A stretch of 63,674 nucleotides of DNA, counting the filler, from Choristocarpus tenellus KU-1152 (Eukaryota > Protista > Phaeophyceae): the NCBI GenBank assembly GCA_964200185.2. It is 15 parts of 15 records of this genome, joined end to end, with 100 filler letters (N's around TTAATTAATTAA, not from the genome) between each part and the next. Parts side by side here need not be neighbours in the genome. Positions count along the whole stretch, not along the records: positions 24,740 to 27,587 come from CAXNAD020024220.1; positions 27,688 to 33,329 come from CAXNAD020010155.1; positions 33,430 to 37,233 come from CAXNAD020017831.1; positions 37,334 to 40,143 come from CAXNAD020024556.1; 11 more parts are not named here. The stretch is one strand, 5' to 3'. The notes beneath the pieces were generated by a model, which was given only the letters and a program-made list of their open reading frames with translations, was not told the DNA's origin and searched no databases. Shown piece by piece: positions 26,623 through 39,060 of the stretch. Within the stretch, counting starts at the first letter, position 1. Every line of letters begins with the position of its first letter. The position numbers were made by a program, and so were the translations under genes.

Positions 26623-28731
26623 TAAAAGAATACTAGGCATAGTGTATATTATCTAAAACCAAGAGACTTATCATAATCCTAAATTGGCACCACAGAGGGG
26701 GGGTACTCAGAAGAATCCCACGAGTTGGTCAAGCCTCGCCTTGCTCACCTCCCAGGTGTGTTCAACTTGAAGTCCATCATCATGCGACTGAAATAGCCAC
26801 TTGTGCTGTGACGGACACAATCTATTGCAGGTGTGCCTCACGACTCTCTTCTAGTTCAGTTCACCCCCAGGCTCCCTACCACTGACCACAGGTGAGTCAC
26901 CAACTTATCCAGGAATTGCTTTGCCTGCGTGCTGGTTCCACCAACAAGGTTTACAAAGACCTATAAAAAGTATGGGGAGGTTCGAAGGTTCTTCACATTG
27001 GTCGCACTTCTGGAGTCAGGTGGGAGGACCTTTGTTATGAAATATGACCATTCGTACAAGATTGTGAAGGAACCGCCCAGTCTGGTAAAGAAAGCCAGAC
27101 CAAGTTCACCAAAGAATAGGTCCCCATAGTATAGACTCTGGTTGATTCTTATTCAATTATATCACGGACTCGACCTTGATCCTTCACAATAAAGAATTGA
27201 GTAAGCCAGCAAAGTCAAAGCCTTGGATAAAAGCGTCTGAAAAGGATGCGTGCCACTGCCCAATCACGTCCATCCAAATGAAACTGAAAGTGACGTTTTT
27301 GTTCCGTGTCATTTTCATCTCTAAGTCTCAAACAAAAGAGTCTAAAACAAGAGAAGAGGAAGAGGGAAGTAAACAAAGCAAAAAAATTGGCGACCCACCT
27401 ATTTTGAGGACAAATCGGAGATTCCCGCCAATCAGAGGGGGAGTTTCCACATAGATGCAATATTCCCCGCTGGGACTTTATCGTAGGTTGATCCATTCCC
27501 CTATCGTGACAAAGGTCTTCTAGATGACCCAAAGTATCTGGAAGGGGGGGGGGGTCTACACAAGGGTGTCCATTTGGACCTAAATCANNNNNNNNNNNNN
27601 NNNNNNNNNNNNNNNNNNNNNNNNNNNNNNNTTAATTAATTAANNNNNNNNNNNNNNNNNNNNNNNNNNNNNNNNNNNNNNNNNNNNAAAGGGTGAAAAA
27701 CGGACGCCGACACCCCCCCCCAGATACTTTGACCCACTCTTGTAATTTCGGCGATAATAGTTGATGGTCACTGCACAAGATCACATCCCCATCCCTATCA
27801 TCAGAGTAGTTTACAAAACAACTACTCTGGAGGGAATAAATTATTTTAGCATTGGTTGTACTCTAGATTACCATACCTACCAAGTGCTTCAAAGAAATAT
27901 TTGTGTATCTAACATACACTGATGAAAGTGATCGCTCGAAAAATGTCCCTCTCTTTCTATCTTCGAAATGCTTCATGGGTCTTACACCACAATATCCTAT
28001 GTTACTGGAACATATTCTGGAGACATTTCTTAGAGGATAGCAGTCTTTGTTGCAGAGTTAACCCCATGAACCAATGCGAATGATGTATCTCTTCTGATGA
28101 AGTATCCAAGGGAGATTTGTGAGAGAGCAATGATGTGCTTGCCTAGGGGAAATACCAATATTCTCCCTTAGCACCCTTTAGATGAAATGGACCAACTAGG
28201 CCAAGAATTTTGATTTGCCTATATTTCCCAACTCTGACCCTACCAACACCAAAACATATGTGGGAAGAAAATTGCTCAATTCATTCAAGAAGCAGTTGGT
28301 GGAGAGGTAGAGCAATTTCAATGTCTAAAATACTAAGGAACTCAGTCCGACCATTTGAGCACTACCTTGTCACATATATCACAAACGGACTAAATCAAAC
28401 AAGAAAAAAGGTCAGCAGGCAGTAGTAAGTGTGTAGTGTATGACCTCATCTTCTTCGACAGTTTTGGCATCCATGGCAGACTGCAGTGGTGACAATTAAA
28501 AAAAAACTCACTGTCCACAAATCCTATAATTACCCCCAAAAACTATCTGCAGGAGGCTCGTCATCACCTGATATAGTTTGTTCTTATCATACTATGTTTA
28601 TCGCTTTTTATAGGGCAAAATATCAAGGTAGGAAGTGATCCCTAATCAGTAGGAGCAAAGGGACATAAATAACTCATCCCTTTGTTCACCCATGCCGATC
28701 CAATGTGCTCTTCAGTGTCCACTTCATTCAC

Positions 28732-31700
28732 CTCTTTGCCGTATGCAGGAGACATAGGGCTATCACTGTGCTTGGTGAAGCGCATTTCGAGGGCCACATT
28801 GAGTGGAAGTGTGTCTCTATCCTCAGCAAAGGTCTTGGTGATGCCGACAGCTGCATGGAATGCCTTGTATACACTGTATTGAGCAGTTAAGTAGGTGTTC
28901 GTATTTATTTGAAGGGGTCACGACAGGTCACGAAGGGTCAAGTGAAATAAGAGGGAAGTCAAGCCCAGTATGTGGACAAGGGAGGTGGGTGGTGTAGGAA
29001 GAGTTCAAAAATAAGGGATGGGAACAACTGGATGATGGAATCCATATTTCAAGACCCTGTGCCGCAAGAAAAATCTTATTGTGTTCAGTTCATTGCTTCA
29101 CTCAATACTATAGTGTGGCAGAGTACAATGGAAGAACGGAAAATCACATGATATGCCTGTGACAACTGATTATAGATACCTTGTGAAGTCATCGTCGCAC
29201 TTGATGCACACCTGCGTCACACACAGTAACATTTACAAGGGAAGATAAAACATTGATGTTGATATGAGCACAATGGGATAGATCTTGAGCGGGTGACAAC
29301 AGAATGATCATTCAATAGTCGAGGTTGGCCACCATATACAATAAACCTAATCTCAAATCCTTTCCTACAACCAAAATCCGCCAGTCCTGTAGTTTCAACG
29401 ACTTATCCTCACATGTAACACTTTTTGTATCCTCACATATAACATTTTTTGTATCATTTGGTAGAGATCCACCATTGATTATGTTCATGTAAGTCACAAT
29501 TTGTTGGTTGATTCTTACTAGCTAGTTTACCACGTGCACTGGATTTGTTTAGGGTGCATGATGAAGCAAAATTAATGACGCAGTGCAAGAGATGAAGTGA
29601 GGCAGTGAACAAGGTAAGGCTTGTCCTCTGCACCCTTTTACACCTTACGATCCATTGGATTGATATTACCGCAGTCTAGCTCAGATATCTCAATCCCCCC
29701 ACAAAATATGATACTCTATGTGACTCTTCTCTTGCCTCCATGTCGAGAACTGGGTGACCTTGCTGGATGTATTTCTGCCAGTGAACGGCCTCAGCCAATG
29801 TGGTCTCATAGGAGACCTTTCCAGTGGACTTCCCAGTTGGTTCAAGGGCCATTACAGTCAGGCTGCTGTAGAAGGCTACAAGCGATGGCTTATCTCCAAA
29901 TTTGGCTATCTGTACCATCATGCACGGATGGTGTTTGAGTTGAACATCATGTGGCAAACTTGCGATAGCAGAGGATCTATCTTGTTGGCCCCATCACATT
30001 TAGGGTTAGGGCTGTTAAAAAAGACAACATACACTGTGGTATGGATAAGAGTAGCCAGTGACAATCATCAGAATGTAGAAGGAACTTGAAGGTCAAATTT
30101 GGGGTCCACTTGGTCCATCACTCTTCCAAGGTACATCATTACAGAGGACATCAACAACACCAATGGTGCACTAAATACCAGCACCTCTTGATACCCCTCC
30201 TGAAAAAGCCAGCACGTAAACACATGTACCTGTTAAAATGTTTGGTGGTCAATAACTCACTGGTGGGTCATAAGGTGACAACACCTCCAAAGCGGTAGCA
30301 CGATATTGTGAAAACACCCAAAATTGACTTCTTTTTTTTTACACTCTAAAAAAAAATTGTCGCTCCCTTCTCTTTGGCACACAACATATTCGTGCAAAAA
30401 TATGCTCTTCACTATGATAGGCACTATCTGCTATTCCTTGAAACATGATTCCCATGCTATCTATATCTCCAGAGCCCTACTACAACACCGATAAAGAGAG
30501 TCTGCCCCTCAGCAATGCGTAAGAATTGTACAACTACAAAGTTCATCAGAGAGAGTTGATATCCCTCTCAATTGTCTGCGGAGAACAATTAAAGCTTCCA
30601 GAACGTATAAAAGGACCTAGAACGTATGCATAGTGGGCAAGGCCCTTGATTCGCACTCAAGCCTTTTTCGATAGATATTTCTTTCCTGGAACAGTGTGAT
30701 GGTGGGTAAGGGAAAACCAACATTCAACCTCCTACATCAGAAGCCAGTAAACTCGAACAAGAATAGTTTATCTAATTTAAGTAGAGGACCAATATTGAGT
30801 GGCAGGGCAAGGGATAACTCTCACTCACCAGATCCAGCGCAACTCGTGTGCCAAGGTGAATCCTGAGGAAATCACCCAGGCTGAAGGTGTCGTCAAATCC
30901 TTTATAGCCCTTCGCACCAGCACCACAGCACCCATCATTGGTCTTTGATTTGAAGTGAACATGAGTGTGGCAAGAGGTTTCAAATAGTACGATTGTGTCA
31001 TAATTGCTGCTATATCACGAAAATGATGTGACAAGTGTGCCTCTTATTAGCAACCAGTCTGAGTATATGTATGGTACATACAACTTTGAGTGTCTGGATC
31101 ATGCTGGATAGAGTGTAGCAGAGAAGGAACAGGATAGACAGGAGTTGCTCGGAACCGGGCAGAAGATTTCTAGGTGGAAGAAGATTCTATCACACCCACA
31201 GATTACGGTATAATGTGAGCTGCTTATCGTTATATATCCTTACATATGTAAGGCGATAACCTACTGATATAGTTGTGTTGGGCTCATGGGAAGGTGCATG
31301 TACACAATTCAGTATTCCATCCAAGTCTCCAAGAGATCTCGGCATCTCCTCAATGTGTTTCAATGTGGTATGTGGTATGTGTATGTTGAAGCTGTTCAAT
31401 GGATTATAGTATGAAGAACAAACAGCAATGTACTTCAGAGTGGTCACTGGACATTCCTACTTCATTGATGACAAACGGGTACTACCACTTGTGTGTGCTG
31501 AAAGCTTCATTGTGGGGTATGTTGAACAACCCACCTTTGCTTCAACAGAATTATGATGTTCTGGCACAAGATATGTTACATTGTGAGTTCAGCCTCAATT
31601 CCTCTGACTGTACAGATGTGTGTTTAGACAACACATTAACAATCTAAAATCCTAGAATGTTGGGTATATCATTGTCCACACTATGCATAGTGTATATAGA

Positions 31701-33169
31701 ACAAAAAAAATAGTCATAGAACATCAATCAATGAATGTATCTCATAAATGCTCTGACAACACAACAACACACCAGTTGATCCATCACTGGCTCTACCTAC
31801 ACACAGAGGGAGGGAAAATAAGCCTGGAATGACAGTATAAGTCAAAACAGGTTGTGTGTTATATTTAATATCAATAAGACTAAGGCCATTGTTAACGGTC
31901 GGGTGAGCCAAAGGATCTTAAAGGGTAGAGCCGCGTCCATTTGGAGGTCAAAATACAAAGTTGTGATTTTGATGAAATTTTGGCTATCGTGCTTGTTAGG
32001 AAGTGTCAATATCTATCTTTCGGACACACCTTTCATAACATACACATTTTACCTACTCCGAAACATTTTGGAGTCGGAAAATGCCATAAAAAAACACATG
32101 GGAAGCCAAGCCCCACAAATGGACAAACAGGGAAAAATTCGTACCCTCTAAGATAATTTCACTCTGGTGTTACTGACACATTTCTATAGCAGTGTGCATT
32201 GTAGCACATTCGAGATATGTGCATATTCATATGCATTTAAAAAAATGGAAAATTTGAAAAAAGAAAGGTATGGTTTACATACGAGCATTGAGGGATCTCC
32301 TGGGTAACTGATCAATATAGAGCACACTCACAGAACGTTCTTGGCACAACAACATAGCACAGATGGGAAGTTCTCTGGGGTACACAACAATTCAGCAGCA
32401 CTCTCAAATCAAATTGAAAGAAACCTCTCTCTCACCTTAAGCACAGCATTCTCTGTTCTCTGAAAGGTCTTGATAGCACAGGTATCATTCAAGGGGTCCC
32501 ACCTTTGGTTTTCGTATTCGTTGCTGCAAGGTGGCAAGTAATAAATATATAGCAATAAAGATACAGTAATAAAGATGCAGTTGTGTTGCACACTGAAAGA
32601 GACCATGACAGGAAAGCAGGTATGGTGTTGAAAAATACTGCTAGGAACCTAGTCGGCCATACAGGAAGTACAAGTTCTTCGAAAAGCAATTACCGTGTGT
32701 TCAGATGCCTGAGATGGTTATTAATAATGAAGACAGAGAGGCTTTCTCTCCCTTCTACTCGATGCAAATGCAGAAAACTACCCCAGAAATAGTTTCACTA
32801 GCAAGTATCATTCATATTGCAATATCATTACAAACCCCTGAATCGCATCACAGATATCATTTTGCGACACTCACGACACAGAGACAGAAGAGAGGGAGGT
32901 TCTCCTAAATCAGCAATGAACAAGACTATCCCAGTAGTTGAAAACCGCATACAGAAACGATGTTAGCAGTCACACTCTCACCTAAGAGGGTCTGTGATCT
33001 TGAGGCTGGAGGCAGGTAGGTAAAAAACCTCGGCCGCATAGTTGCTACTCCACAAATCTCTCAGTGGGTTGGGGCCCCCTGGGGCTGGCATGGAGTCTAT
33101 CTCGAGGAATAAGTCCCTGGCAGAGACCTTGGAGTTAGTGACCTTTATAGCTGTACGCTTGGCATCCAA
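28732..33169 (-). CDS. FAD-linked oxidoreductase of the ALO/L-gulonolactone oxidase family, internal exons 33169-32982, 32502-32436, 30942-30829, 29909-29736, 29211-29180, 28873-28732
   Basis: Six exons join in frame: ...AEVFYLP...DPLR|WDPLNDTCAIKTFQRT...|...|...AEAVHWQKYIQQGHPVLDME|VCIKCDDDFTS|VYKAFHAAV...LPLNVALEMRFTKHSDSPMSPAYGKE. The last motif resembles the ALO C-terminal PxExRF...LSPAYG. Both ends of the gene are missing. Confidence 0.8.
31905..32164. mobile_element. MITE family A within an intron of the oxidoreductase gene
   Basis: Full TIRs; flanks gggt/tggt (4-bp TSD with one mismatch). Confidence 0.9.
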
Positions 33170-33202
33170 CTGCAAGGTAAAGGCTGTGGGATTGAAGAGG
33201 AA

Positions 33203-33329
33203 AATATGATGGTAACCGAACAATATGATGGTAACCGAACAATATGATGGTAACCGAACAATATGATGGTAACCGAACAATATGATGGTAACCGAACAAT
33301 ATGATGGTAACCGAACAATATGATGGTAA
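33203..33329. repeat. Perfect 19-bp minisatellite (AATATGATGGTAACCGAAC), at least 6.7 copies, running off the contig
   Basis: Identical head-to-tail units with no spacers. Confidence 0.95.
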
Positions 33330-33560
33330 NNNNNNNNNNNNNNNNNNNNNNNNNNNNNNNNNNNNNNNNNNNNTTAATTAATTAANNNNNNNNNNNNNNN
33401 NNNNNNNNNNNNNNNNNNNNNNNNNNNNNAAAAAAAAATGTTTGACCGAAACGGACGCCCCCTCACAAACCACCCCCCCCCCCCAGATACTTTGACCCTG
33501 ATCATGAAAAGACCTGATGTTTCATTTACTCTGCATGCATTGGCATCTCACGTTGAAAAT

Positions 33561-33790
33561 GAGTGAAAGTATCTTAGAGGGTACTAGATTTGCCCTGTTG
33601 TCCGTTTGGGACTTGGATTCCCACAGGTTTGTTATGACATTTCCCTACTCCGAAACGTTTAGGAGTAGGTAAAATGTATACGTTATGCATAGGTGTGTCA
33701 GGAACAAGGATATTGAGACTTCCTAACAAACAGAATAGCCAAAATTACATCAAAATCGCAACATTGGATTTTGGTCCCCAAACGGACGCG
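33561..33790. mobile_element. MITE family A lacking its right TIR
   Basis: Left TIR and body intact; ends at aacggacgcg. Confidence 0.85.
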
Positions 33791-33957
33791 ATTAGACTCT
33801 TCCAACTCTATCGGACAGTTGCGGTAAACTGTATATTAAGTGAGAGAATAACCATTAGTTTTGTTTTGCTCACGAAATCGGGATTATTATTATTATTTTA
33901 TTCTACATTTGTATTCCTCCCTATTCCCTTTTCTCCCTACTATATTCTAACAACCCT

Positions 33958-34290
33958 TGTGACCAACCAGTGCGACCTCTTCGCCACTGATTTCCAGTCA
34001 CCCCATATCTGATGACCAACCTGGGCGACCCCCTTCGCCCCTGATTTCCAGTCACCCCCATATCTGATGACCAACCAGTGCGACCCCTTTTGCCACTGAT
34101 TTCCGGTCTTTACCACCCCTTTCAACCCCACTCAACCCCACACCAGTTACCACTTCAGTCAACCCCACCCCACTTACCATTCCAGTCAATCCCAAACCAG
34201 TTACCACTCCAGTCAACCCCACCCCACTTACCACTCCACCACACCATTCAACACCACTCAACACCACTCAACACCACTCCACAATCATCC
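33958..34290. repeat. Tandem repeats (about 54 bp x3, then about 27-bp C/A-rich units)
   Basis: gaccaaccagtgcgacc...ccccatatctgat at 33961, 34014 and 34069; ccagtcaacccca units follow. Confidence 0.85.
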
Positions 34291-34862
34291 ACCCTGGGAT
34301 CCAAGTCGGTCATGAGCAAGCGACAGGGTGGGTGGGCGGGAAAGCTTGCTCGGGGGTCCTCTTGATCTAGCCTTCCTCGTCTTGTCCCCCAGCCTCAGGT
34401 TTTCTCATTCGATTCAATACTGTTCATTCCTTCTCCCCTTGTGCTTCTGTCTGCCACCTATTTTCTTAACCACTCAATCTTAACTCTTCGTTCCCTCCTT
34501 AATACTTATATTTCTTTACTGTCCACTTCTTTGCCCTGTGCCCCCAACCAATCAGAATTCTTCCGCCCACAAAACTCAGATTGCTTCATAAACGTTCCCG
34601 ATTAAGTTGATCAGAACCTTTTATTAGCGATTACCTATATATATGATTACCTATATATATGAGAACATTTCTCATATAAAAGAAAGTATATATGATTTTA
34701 TGGGGTACTGCATGCCCCACTTAGGTTTAATCAATCAACCACTCTATGCAGACATCAAGCAATTCTCCGTTGGTTTATCACCTTTATTATTTTTGATGAT
34801 TTGGTTGGCCAATACTTCAACACAATAAATTGGACCTTAGGTTTCTAACCCGTCATTTCATC

Positions 34863-36760
34863 ATGTCTTCACATGGAGATGAGATTCTATCTGTTCCTGC
34901 TGAGGGCCCATCTGTTCAAGAATTCCAGCAGCTTATATGGCAATGGTAGCAGATCTGCCAAGAAACGTTGGTAATCTCATGTTGCAGTCTGATAGAGTTG
35001 GCGACGGAAATCATCCCCTCGTCTAGGCTGCTGTGCCCAGCTTAGCGCCTCCGGTCAGGCAAGTACCAGTCGAAGTGGGTCCTATGGAACCCATGTTGAG
35101 GGAAATTTCCCAGAGAGGGGAAACAGTTCGGACGCTGTGAGCGTCAGAAGTGGGGCGAGCCAGAGGTCCAGTTCTTCGGTGAGTTTGGGATCAGGCGCAC
35201 ATATTGTTTGCCCTAAGACTAAGAGGTCAAGAGCTCAGCCACCAAAATTATTGGACTACTCGGACTACTGGGACTGGTGGAGGCGTTTCATTGTGCATTG
35301 TCAATATACCCACTGCCTGGTTGCGTTGACAAGTGAAAGATCAGTTAATCAAGAACGCTCCTATGAGGGACTTCTCTCGGATAGGTTCAGTGCGAATGGT
35401 ATCTGGGTGGTCGAAGAGGCTGACTATGCACTTCTGTTGCTCTTGTCGAACCCACCACCAGGGCTCTGTGCTATATGCACCAAAGCCCGAGCGAGCTTTT
35501 CCGAGCAGTAGATATTGATTCATACCTAATACTACCGTGGGTAATAGCCAACATTTGTTCCGTAAGTTTTTCACTTCAAAGGTGGAGAAGGGGGCGCATC
35601 CGACCCTGACCTTGAACCACCTGGAAGAGCTATGGGAGAGGATGCTATCAATGGACCTCGTCATTTCGGACAAGCTGCTGCTCCTACAGTTTCTGAGTGC
35701 ACTTGGATCAGGTTACGATACCAAGATACGCATGATGGCCTTCTAGAGGACACTATGTCAAGCAGACATAGAGGAAACAGTCAGAGAGCAATATGCTTCC
35801 TTTCATTAGGGGAAGCAGTCAAGACAGAAGAACAGCCACGCTTTGGTTGTTAGCAGTTCAACACAGGGAAAGCGTCAGTTTCATCGTAATGGCCAATGTT
35901 TTGGGGTAGAACGTAAATTTCATGGTGGAAGAAAGAAAAATGGTTCTGATTCCAACCCTAAAAGTTACCATAAGATTCCTTGGAGAGGTGTCGTAAGAAT
36001 GGACACGAGAAGGGAGCTTGCCCAAGTCACATTTGCACCAAGTGTGTTGGATGTGCCCATAATGCTACAACATGTACTTCAGTGTTCATGACTATAGTGG
36101 AGTCTGGGAAAGAAAAGAACGAGACCGAGGCGAAACCTTTTCACATTACTGTGGAAAGTACGACCAGCAGTGACGATAACGAGCGGTGCGCACTACTGAC
36201 CGCCACTGATGACTCTCCGAGCAGCAATGCACAAGGCAAGTGTGGGGTAAAAGAATGTTTGGTGTCAAGTGTTGGGGTTGGCTGCAAAAGAGAAGAGTGG
36301 ATTCTTGACAGTACAGCTACATGTCACATGACAAGCATGATGACATACACTACTAACCACAAGCCTTGTGTAGTAGGTCGAAGGGTACTCATTGCCAGTC
36401 AGAATCCCTTTCGTATCACTGCTCATGGTGATCAAACTATCTCGTTTCCCTCGTGTGATAACAAGGAAGTAGAGATACTCCTCCATAATGTCTCGCATGT
36501 CCCCAGATCTTGGATTTACTCTCTTTTCTTGCCAAGCTGCAGCAGATATGGGCGTGAAATGCACTTGCACAGCTAGTACATTTTCGTTACTAGATGGCAA
36601 ACTTATCTTCGCAAGAGATCCTGGTTGTCATTATACCCTCCATGGTCAACGCATATTGCCGTGACCGGGGGTCGAAATGCTGAAGTTGCTTTGAAGGCCA
36701 CCATAGCCCCCTCGCTTGCACCTCCAGCTCCCCACACCGACGTCGACAATAACCTCTTTG
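34863..36760 (+). mobile_element. Decayed Ty1/Copia gag-protease region
   Basis: PKLLDYSDYWDW (gag N-terminus), FLSALGSGYD, zinc knuckles RCRKNGHEKGAC and CTKCVGCAHNATTC, protease WILDSTATCHMT, and VSHVP; multiple frameshifts. Confidence 0.85.
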
Positions 36761-36764
36761 GCAT

Positions 36765-37016
36765 GATTTGTTCTCTTTCTGTACTTCCCTTTTTGGTACG
36801 GTGAATCAATTTAACCAATGGTTCTGTTGCTGTTGCTGGGTGAGGAATGAACTTCCTAAAAAAGTTAATAAAACCTAGGAAAGATTGTAAGCCTTTCACG
36901 GTTTGAGGGGGATGCATTTCTAAAATAGCTTCAATATGAGGTTGTGATATAGCTATTCCTTGTGGACTAACATCATCTCCCAAATAATGGATTTGCTTTG
37001 AGCCAAACTTGTGCAA
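36765..37016 (-). mobile_element. Ty3/Gypsy RT thumb fragment
   Basis: KFGSKQIHYLGDDVSPQGI...IEAILEMHPPQTVKGLQSFLGFINFFRKFIP...TEPLVKL. Confidence 0.85.
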
Positions 37017-37386
37017 TATAGGCTAGGAACTATATACGCAGTTATATGTTTAGTGAAAAGCAGAGAATAACAGAGTTATTCACTGAGTATAGTAAGGGTC
37101 AAGGAATTGGTTCGTTATGCATAGAGTCAGTCACAGGTTCGAGTCACGATGTGACGATTTCTTATTTTGTTCAATATAAGTGGCTGACGTAGTGCGACTG
37201 ACACAGACACATTTTGACGTGTTTGATGACGTGNNNNNNNNNNNNNNNNNNNNNNNNNNNNNNNNNNNNNNNNNNNNTTAATTAATTAANNNNNNNNNNN
37301 NNNNNNNNNNNNNNNNNNNNNNNNNNNNNNNNNAAAAAAAAAAAAGAAAAGAAAAAAGAAAAAATAAAAAAGGGAGGGGGGGGGGT

Positions 37387-37432
<46 letters not shown>

Positions 37433-38366
37433 TCGGAAATTCAGAATATAAAATGTAGTGTGGTGTGGTGAAGGTGTTACTACCCCTAAACGCCTGTTCC
37501 TCACTACGAAAAGGTTTACGCAAAACAAAACAAAACAAAACAAAACAAAAAATATTTTTTCACAGGAACAGGATAGGAACGAACGAACAGATATTGAATA
37601 TTGACGAGGTGGAAAGAAAAAAAAATGGAACAATTCGGAATATAAATTCTTGGCTACCGCTAGGAATCAGACCTGAACCTGAGAAAATTATCTTTGAATG
37701 CGGCAGGGGCTCTCCTCGCCCCCCCCGTGGTAGAAGGAAACAAAAAAGGGTGTGTGTGTGTGTGTGTGTGTAGATTTAAATCTGTGAAACGGAAGAACGC
37801 TTTGAAGATTTGAAACAGGAGAGTGAACACGGTGCCTTTGCGAAATATGACCGTTCATGCTCGTTTCCCAAAGGAGTAGGAGTGGGGTAACTGGCTTGGC
37901 TTTTTTTAAAGGAGTGTGTGCAACATGACTACTGACTAAGGACTAATGACTAGTGACTATTTATACTCTCGTTGTCTGCGGCGATATATATATATATATT
38001 TATATACGGTTTTGATTGTTGTAGAAAGTGTGGGAGTAGTAACTGCCAAAAAAAAAGGAATGGGAGTGATAAGTACTTACTCTGGGGTATGTTAATGTTT
38101 TAATTGAACTTATCCGTCGGTTGCCAGTGAAAGTACGCACTTTGTGAAAATATATATATATATTATTATTATTATTATTTATTTTATTTTTTTGCTTGGT
38201 GAAAGGAACAAAAAAGAGTGCTGTGTATGTTCTTTCTCTATGGGCGTTTTAAACGTTTGGATAACGCACCCTAACCCTAACCCCAACCTTGAACAGAATC
38301 GGGGTGAGTTTGGCACCGAATTCGTGGTGTTACTAATTTGTCTAGAAAAGAGAGAAAAAAAATAAA

Positions 38367-38405
<39 letters not shown>

Positions 38406-38883
38406 ATAATAATAAAACAAGACACGTGTGTGTGTGCACGAAGAGGTTTTGGTCTGTCGACATTATTATTATTATTATTATTGGGGTGTCGGTACTTCAA
38501 CAACCGAAACAATAGTGGGAATGAATTGCCGGCAGTAGAAAAGTGTACAAAACCCAAAAAAATACCAGAAAAAGGAAGGGGGGGGGGGGGGGGGGGGGGC
38601 TTGCTGCGTCTTGACTCTTGCTTCTTCTTTTTTCTTTTTTTCCCCTCTCAGCAACATTTGTAAATTGCCAGCAGGCATGCATCGCGAGTTGATGTCAGTG
38701 TCGATGTGTTGGGAAAGCCAGGGGGTGCGTGCGTGTGTCTTGTGGCGTGGTAATTTCATTTTGGGTTGAAGACTCTACATACAGTCAACGCACACTGTGT
38801 ATGTGTGTGTCTGTGTGTGTGTGTGCTCTCACACGCATTGATCTGATCTCCCCTGCTGAACGCACGTGCCCCCCCACTCCCAG

Positions 38884-39060
38884 GCACGCCTGCGCATGGT
38901 GATATCGTACCTCCTGGCGCAGCTGCTCCCGTGGGTCCGAGGGCAGGAAGGTTATCTGCTGGTACTTGGGAGTGCTAATGTGGACGAAGCGCTGCGTGGA
39001 TACATGACAAAGTATGACTGCAGCAGTGCGGACCTCAATCCCATCGGAGCCATCTCCAAG
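38884..39060 (+). CDS. NADSYN1: Internal exon of glutamine-dependent NAD(+) synthetase
   Basis: cag|[59 protein letters not shown]|gtgag; 177 nt, phase 0, hallmark eukaryotic NADS motif. Confidence 0.96.

Noticed and set aside
30829-31030. Apparent degenerate Copia RT motif (KGYKGFDDTFS)
   Set aside because: It is a clean phase-0 AG/GT exon that joins in frame with the oxidoreductase exons.
33203-33329. Possible CRISPR array
   Set aside because: Units are contiguous with no unique spacers, the context is a eukaryotic intron, and no cas genes are present.
38268-38290. Telomere-like CCCTAA runs (also about 39817 and 51655-51705)
   Set aside because: Only 2-3 imperfect internal units; not chromosome ends.
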